Below, one piece after another: positions 55,808 through 64,000 of a stretch of DNA of 64,000 bases (position 1 is the stretch's first letter; every line of letters begins with the position of its first letter). Made by a program: the position numbers and the translations under genes. Source of the stretch: an uncultured Alphaproteobacteria bacterium (GTDB taxonomy: Bacteria; Pseudomonadota; Alphaproteobacteria; Sphingomonadales; Sphingomonadaceae); the NCBI GenBank assembly GCA_963849435.1, contig CAWKHO010000016.1:7517-71516 (forward strand), written 5' to 3'. The notes beneath the pieces were generated by a model, which worked only from the letters and a program-made list of their open reading frames with translations, did not search any database and was not told where the DNA came from.

Positions 55808-57620
55808 GTGGCGAGCCCCCCTTCCAGCACGAAACCATCCGGCGGCTTCCGCGCGCTGTGGCGCTTCCTGCCGATGCTCTGGCCCAAAGGCGAGGCCGAG
55901 CTGAAGGCCCGGGTCATCGCAGCGGTCGTGCTGGTGCTCGCCAGCAAGGCGATCACACTGGCAGTCCCCTATGCGCTGAAGCTCGCGGTGGACCGGATGA
56001 GCGCGCATGCGGCGTTCGCAGTCGTCGCAGCTCTGGTGGCGGCTTATGCCGCGGGCCGGTTCGGCGGTGTGCTGACCGATAATCTGCGCAACGCGATTTT
56101 CGAGAAGGTCGGCCAGGATGCGGCGCGACGCCTCGCCGGACAGGTGTTCCGCCACGTCCACGATCTCAGCCTACGGTTCCACCTGGAGCGCCGCACCGGA
56201 TCGCTCACCAAGATCGTGGAACGCGGGACCAAGAGCATCGACATGATGCTCTACTTCCTGCTGTTCAACATCGCCCCGACGGTGATCGAGCTCGCCGCGA
56301 TCTGCGTGATTTTCCTGGTCAAGTTCGGGGCCGGCCTGGTCGCCGCGACGCTCGCCATCGTGGCGGTCTACATCACCTTCACCCGCAAGGTCACCGACTG
56401 GCGCTCGCACATCCAGCGGCAAATGAATGAGGTCGACAACCGCGCCATCGGGCGCGCCGTCGATTCGCTCCTCAATTACGAGACGGTCAAATATTTCGGC
56501 GCCGAGGACCGCGAGGCGAAGCGGTATGAGGAGGCGGTCGGTGCGTTCGCCCGCGCCTCGGTCCGCAATGAGGTGAGCCTCGCCTGGCTCAACATCGGTC
56601 AGTCGCTGATCACCAACGCCATGATGGCGGGCGCGATGGTCTTCACCGTGTGGGGCTGGAGCAAAGGGCGCTTCAGCCCGGGCGACGTGGTGTGGATCAA
56701 CGGCCTCCTGATGCAGCTCTTCCGACCGCTCGACATGCTCGGCTGGGTCTATCGCTCGATCCGGCAGGGCCTGATCGACATGGAAGCCATGTTCGACCTG
56801 GTCGACACGCCGGCGGAGGTCGTCGACAAGCCCAGCGCGCACCCGCTCCAGGCGACCAGGGGAGCAGTGCGTTTCGAAGATGTGCGCTTCGCTTACGATC
56901 CGGGGCGCGAGATCCTGTCGGGGCTCGACCTCGACATTCCTCCAGGCACCAGCTGCGCGATCGTCGGCCCATCAGGAGCCGGCAAATCGACCATCGCTCG
57001 GCTGCTCTACCGCTTCTACGATCCCACTGCGGGGCGGATCACGATCGACGATCAAAACATTGCGGAGGTCACGCAGGCGAGCCTCCGCGCGCGCGATCGG
57101 GATCGTCCCCCAGGACACCGTGCTGTTCAACGACACCATCGGCTACAACATCGGTTACGGCCGCGAAGGCGCGTCACAAGACCAGATCGAAGGCGCGGCG
57201 CGGGGCGCGGCGATCGATCGCTTCATCGCCGCTCTCCCGGAGAAATATGACTCCACGGTCGGCGAGCGCGGGCTCAAGCTCTCCGGCGGCGAGAAGCAGC
57301 GCGTGGCGATCGCCCGGACCCTGCTCAAGAACCCGCCCATCCTGGTGCTCGACGAAGCCACCTCCGCGCTCGACAGCCGGACCGAGGACGCGATCCAGCA
57401 GACGCTCGACCGTGTCGCGCAAAGCCGCACCACGATCATGATTGCGCACCGGCTTTCGACCATCGTCAACGCCGACCAGATCGTGGTGCTGGACAACGGC
57501 CAGGTCGTGGAGCGCGGCACGCACGAGGAATTGCTGGAGCGCAACGGAGTTTACGCCGACCTCTGGTACCGCCAGGCGGCTGAGCGGCTGGCGGAAGAGA
57601 CCGCGCAAGCGGCTGAGTAA
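55808..57620 (+). CDS. Atm1-like ABCB transporter, permease + ATPase (frameshift ~57090)
   Basis: [37 protein letters not shown] and LDEATSALD motifs. Confidence 0.92.
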
Positions 57621-57690
57621 AAATGCCTGTTCCGCGGAACCGCGTTGCGGCAGGGTCGACGCGCTCGGTCCCGGCAGGCAAAGGCAGCAA

Positions 57691-59454
<1,764 letters not shown>

Positions 59455-59529
59455 TGTTCAGGCTTGCGTAACGCGCGACTCGGTTCGAGAGGCGCTAACG
59501 CTTCAAACCACCAAGCTCCGGGGAGAGAC

Positions 59530-61765
59530 ATGATCCGCATTCTTTTGGCGACCGCCGCGCTCGCCGTTGTTTCTGCCGCGCCGGCGAATGCCGCGCCGCG
59601 CAAGGCGCCCGCTAGCGCCTCGGCGACCCTGCGCGCGTCCAATCCTTTCGCGAAGCCGAGCACGCTGCCGTTCGAGACCCCCGACTTCGCGCGCATTAAG
59701 AACAGCGACTATTTGCCCGCGCTGCTTGCCGGAATGGCGCAGCAGAAGCGCGAAGTGACGGCGATCGCGAACCAGACCGCGGCCCCGACTTTCGACAATA
59801 CGGTCGTCGCCATGGAAAAGTCGGGGCTTCTGCTCGAGCGCGCCAACCTCGCCTTCAACGCCGTCAACGGCGCGAACACCAACGACACGCTGCAGGCGAC
59901 CGACACCAGGACGGCGCCTTTGTTCGCCGCGCACAACGATTTCATCTACCTCAACGCGAAGCTGTTCCAGCGCTTCAAAAATCTCCACGATCATCAGGCC
60001 GAGCTGAACCTGAACCCTGAGCAGGCCAAGCTGCTCGATGTCTATTACAAGCAGTTCGTCCATGCGGGCGCCGAGCTGCCACCGGCCAAACAGGCCCAGC
60101 TGAAGGTCATCAACAAGCGCCTGAGCACGCTGCAATCGGCGTTCGGCCAGAAGCTGCTCGCCGCGGCCAAGGCCGGCGCGTTGCACGTCGAGGACGCCTC
60201 GGCCCTGGCCGGCTTGTCGAAGGAGCAGCTTGCCTCTGCGCAGGATGCAGCGAAGGACCGCAAGGTCAGCGGCTATGTCATCCCGCTCCAGAACACGACC
60301 CAGCAGCCCGCTGCTCGATTCGCTGACCAGCCACGACACGCGGCAGAAACTGTTCGAAGCGAGCCTCAACCGCGCCGAACATGGCGACGCCAACGACACG
60401 CGCGCCATCGTCAGCGAACTCGCGCAGCTGCGCGCCAGGAAGGCTGCTTTGTTCGGCGCCGCGAACTTCGCCGACTACAATCTGTATGACCAGATGGCGA
60501 AGGACCGCGCCACAGCCGTCGGCTTCCTGGATCGGCTTGCCCCGCCCGTTGCGGCGAAGGAGCGGCAGGAGTGGTCGGACATCGTTGCCCTGGCCAAGTC
60601 TCAAGGCGCGAACTTCCAGCCGACACCGGCCGACTGGAATTTCTACGCCGAGCAGATCCGCAAGCAGCGCTACGCCCTCAGTAGCGACGACGTGAAGCCC
60701 TATTTCGAGTTCAATAAGGTGCTGACAGACGGCGTCTTCTATGCCGCCAACCAGCTCTACGGCCTGACCTTCACCGAGCGGAAGGACATCCCGACCTGGA
60801 GCACCGACATGCGGGTGTTCGAGGTCCACGACCAGGACGGCAAACAGCTAGCGCTGTTCATGATCGACCCGTGGAAGCGCGACAACAAGTCGGGCGGCGC
60901 GTGGATGTCGAACCTCGTCAACCAGGCGTACCTGCGCGGTACGAAACCGGTGATCTATAATGTCGAGAACTTCACCAAGCCTGCGCCCGGCCAGCCTGCG
61001 CTGATCACGTTCGATGACGTGACCACGATGTTCCACGAGTTCGGCCATGCGCTGCACGGCATGTTCGCCGCGCAGACCTACCCGACGCTGTCGGGCACGA
61101 GCGTGGCGCGCGATTTCGTCGAGTTCCCGTCGCAGTTCAACGAGAACTGGGCGCTCGATCCAAAGATCCTGCCCCACTACGCCGTGCACTATCAGACTGG
61201 GCAGACCATATCGCCGGCGCTGGTCCAGAAGATCCTGGCCGCGCGCACGTTCAATCAGGGTTATCAGGTTGGCGAGGCGCTCGAGGCCGCGCGACTTGAC
61301 CTCGACTGGCATTCGCTGCCCGCGACCGCACCGCGTCAGGACGTCGACAAGTTCGAGGCGGACGCGCTGGCGAAGGGCGGGTTCGACGTTGCCGACGTGC
61401 CTCCGCGCTATCGCTCGAGCTATTTCCTGCACATCTGGAGCAACGGCTATTCGGCGAGCTATTATGCTTATGCGTGGACCCGAATGCTCGGCCAGGACGC
61501 CTTCGCGACCTTCGAGAAGAACGGCGGCCTGACGCGCGCCAACGGCCAGCGTTTCCGCGACCTCGTCCTCTCGCGCGGCAACACGCTCGACTATGCCGAG
61601 ATGTACCGCAATTGGGCGGGCCACGATCCGCAGATCCAACCCTATCTCGACTATTATGGGTTGAACGGCGGCGGCGCGAGGCCCGCTCCAGTCGCTCCCG
61701 CGGCAGTTCCGGCCCCGGCACCCGCGCCGGCTCCTGCCGCTCCCAAGCCCGAAAGAGGTCGATAG
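59530..61765 (+). CDS. M3 family metallopeptidase (Dcp-like), exported; frameshift ~60310
   Basis: Signal peptide; FHEFGHALH, RDFVEFPSQ and GYSASYY.Y motifs. Confidence 0.92.
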
Positions 61766-61769
61766 GCCG

Positions 61770-62177
61770 ATGATCCGTCAGCTCGGCGACCGGTCCTTCG
61801 TGAGCGGCCAGATCGCTCCGGAGGAGGTCGCCCGCCTGACGGACCACGGCGTGACGATGCTGGTCAACAACCGTCCCGACGGCGAGGAACCAGGTCAGCC
61901 GCAGGCTTCCGAAATCGAAGCGGCGGCCGCTGCGGCCGGAATCGCCTACCGTTTCGTTCCGATCATTCGCGGCATCGGCCCGGCCGACGTCGAGGAAATG
62001 CAAAAGGCTCTGCGTGAGGCGAGCGATGGCAAATTGCTCGCATTCTGCCGTTCAGGCACGCGATCGGCGTTTGCGGTATCGCTGGCCCATCGCGAAGACG
62101 GCGCTTCGCGTGAAGAGATCGAGGCGCGCCTCACCGAAGCCGGATTTGATCCCGGACCGATCTCCCACCTGCTTTAG
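61770..62177 (+). CDS. TIGR01244/DUF442 family sulfurtransferase-like protein
   Basis: NNRPDGEEPGQP and FCRSGTRS motifs. Confidence 0.9.
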   Translation: MIRQLGDRSFVSGQIAPEEVARLTDHGVTMLVNNRPDGEEPGQPQASEIEAAAAAAGIAYRFVPIIRGIGPADVEEMQKALREASDGKLLAFCRSGTRSAFAVSLAHREDGASREEIEARLTEAGFDPGPISHLL

Positions 62178-62386
62178 TATTGCGGTTCGGCGAGCAGGCG
62201 CCGCGCTTGTTCCGCATCTTCCTCGAGCACCATCAGCCGGACCGCCGTGGCAAGTCCACCGCCTTCCATGATGTTTAGGCCGGAATCAAACACGACCGCG
62301 CCAACTCCGTGGCTTTCGAGAAACGTACGCGCGATCTCTGCTTCGATGAGCTTGTTGAACCGGCGAAGCTCGACGAGTTCGCTCAC
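62174..62386 (-). CDS. DUF2007 (PII-like) small protein
   Basis: EAEI....LESHG...VRLMV..ED...A..LL. Confidence 0.8.
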   Translation of the reverse strand: MSELVELRRFNKLIEAEIARTFLESHGVGAVVFDSGLNIMEGGGLATAVRLMVLEEDAEQARRLLAEPQY

Positions 62387-62922
62387 CAGGGCACGACCTC
62401 GCCGGCCGCAAGCTCGTCAGCGCGCGGCGCTCGGCCGAGCAGCGCATTGCGATGCGGGAAACGGCCGAAGCGCTCAATGATGTCGCGGTGCTTTTTGGCG
62501 TAGCCGAGCTGCTCCTCGTCCCCCAGCTCGCTGAAGAGCAGCACGGATCGGTTCTGGTCGGCGAGGTTCTCGCTGTGCTGGAACGGCATGTAGAGAAAGC
62601 CGCGCTCCTGCGGCTGCAGCTCGTCGTCGAAGCCCTTGTCGAGAGCGCCCTTGGCGATTGCCAGCGCGAGGTGATCGGTCGCGAATTGCTCCGCGGTCCC
62701 GCGAAACATATTCCGCGGGAATTGGTCGAAGAGGATCACGCCTGCGAGCGCGGTGAGCGGGTCGTCGAGGAAGCTTTCGACGGGCAGCTGGCGCTTCTCC
62801 ATCCAGAGTTTGAGGAAGCCTTGCTTGATCCGGTGATCGACCTCCGGACCCCCGCGCCACCATTGCTCTTTGTTGAGGCCAAACCAGAATTTGAGAACCT
62901 CGGCGCGCCAGTCCTGGCTCAA
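62383..62922 (-). CDS. DUF924 family protein
   Basis: VLKFWF, DQFPRNMFR, YMPFQHSE and RFGRFPHRN motifs. Confidence 0.92.
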   Translation of the reverse strand: MSQDWRAEVLKFWFGLNKEQWWRGGPEVDHRIKQGFLKLWMEKRQLPVESFLDDPLTALAGVILFDQFPRNMFRGTAEQFATDHLALAIAKGALDKGFDDELQPQERGFLYMPFQHSENLADQNRSVLLFSELGDEEQLGYAKKHRDIIERFGRFPHRNALLGRAPRADELAAGEVVPW

Positions 62923-64000
62923 GCGGCGGTGCCCCCAACCGTGAGGCCGTCGATCAGCAGCGTCGGTTGACCGACCCCGGCGGGTACGCTTTGTCCGCCC
63001 TTGCCGCAGACGCCGATCCCCTCGTCGAGCGCGAGGTCGTTGCCAATGCCCTTCACGCGCGTCAGCACGGTCGGGCCATCGCCGATGAGGGTCGCGCCCT
63101 TGATCGGCTCGGCAATCTTGCCGCCGCGGATCCGGTAGGCCTCAGTGCACGAGAAAACGAACTTGCCGCTGGTGATATCGACCTGTCCGCCGCCGAAGCT
63201 CTTGGCGTAGATGCCGTCGCTCACTCGGCTGACCAGCTCCGCCGGATCGTCCTTGCCGCCGAGCATGAACGTGTTGGTCATGCGCGGCATCGGCGCATGG
63301 GCGAAGCTCTCGCGGCGGCCGTTGCCGGTTGGCGTCACGCCCATCAGGCGGGCATTCAGCCGGTCCTGCAGATAGCCTTTGAGGATGCCGTCCTCGATCA
63401 GGCAGGTGCGGCGAGTCGGCGTCCCTTCGTCATCGATCGTCAGCGATCCACGCCGTTGGTCCATCGCGCCGTCGTCGACCACCGTGACGCCCGGCGCTGC
63501 GACCCGCTCGCCGATTCGGCCGGAGAAGGCCGACGTGCCCTTGCGGTTGAAGTCGCCTTCGAGTCCGTGACCGATCGCTTCGTGGAGCAGGACACCCGGC
63601 CAGCCGGGGCCGAGCACAACCTGCATCTCGCCCGCGGGAGCGGCGACGGATTCGAGATTAGTCAGCGCCTGCGCGAGCGCAATATCGATAGCGCGATTCC
63701 ATTCCGCGTCCTCGAACAGACGGCCGTAGAGATAGCGTCCGCCGAGCCCGTGATAGCCAGTCTCGCGGCGGCCGTTCTGCTCGGCAACGATCTGGACTCC
63801 CAGGCGCACCAGCGGCCGGACGTCGGACGCGACGAACCCGTCCGAGCGGACGATGTCGATCACGCTCCAGCTCGCGGCCAGCGCAACGCTCACCTGGGAC
63901 ACCCGCGGATCGCGCGCCCGGGCGGCGGCATCGATCTTCTCGCACAGGGCGACTTTCTCGGCGAACGGCACCAGGCTCAGCGGATCGTCCGCCCCGTACA
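62919..64000 (-). CDS. tldD: metalloprotease TldD (5' end outside the window)
   Basis: LLHEAIGHGLEGDFNRKG, PMPRMTNT and CGKGGQSVP motifs. Confidence 0.95.
   Translation of the reverse strand, partial: YGADDPLSLVPFAEKVALCEKIDAAARARDPRVSQVSVALAASWSVIDIVRSDGFVASDVRPLVRLGVQIVAEQNGRRETGYHGLGGRYLYGRLFEDAEWNRAIDIALAQALTNLESVAAPAGEMQVVLGPGWPGVLLHEAIGHGLEGDFNRKGTSAFSGRIGERVAAPGVTVVDDGAMDQRRGSLTIDDEGTPTRRTCLIEDGILKGYLQDRLNARLMGVTPTGNGRRESFAHAPMPRMTNTFMLGGKDDPAELVSRVSDGIYAKSFGGGQVDITSGKFVFSCTEAYRIRGGKIAEPIKGATLIGDGPTVLTRVKGIGNDLALDEGIGVCGKGGQSVPAGVGQPTLLIDGLTVGGTAA

Overview
GC-rich alphaproteobacterial chromosomal segment. Gene content and style suggest Sphingomonadaceae (inference). Most of it is housekeeping: galU, gluQ, pduO, egtBD, folD, a Gtr-like glycosylation cluster, cfa, rlmN, TauE/TIGR02186/HerA-like ATPase, a Suv3-like helicase, fdxA, cysD-cysNC, a TPP riboswitch with thiC, ClC, yaiI, an Atm1-like ABC exporter, recQ, an M3 peptidase and tldD. 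Many genes carry 1-bp frameshifts that look like long-read indel errors, so several CDS calls are stitched across frames. Two accessory regions stand out. (1) A lower-GC islet at ~20.9-24.0 kb carries a co-oriented module of a membrane-anchored LuxR-type HTH, a helical protein with an FGD..ECPP tail, a multi-TM protein and a RadC/JAB protein, plus a divergent Pro/Gly-rich peptide ORF. (2) The thiC-yaiI interval (39-45.8 kb) holds cargo genes (wHTH-TIR, a Fic toxin-antitoxin pair, a hypothetical gene) followed by diverged copies of the yaiI 3' end, which suggests a cassette-like accretion hotspot with no integrase in view. Also present: a candidate structured ncRNA at ~3.4 kb, a REP-like palindrome inside thiC, and 9-bp-period doublet motifs. 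No rRNA, tRNA, CRISPR array, transposase or integrase was seen.
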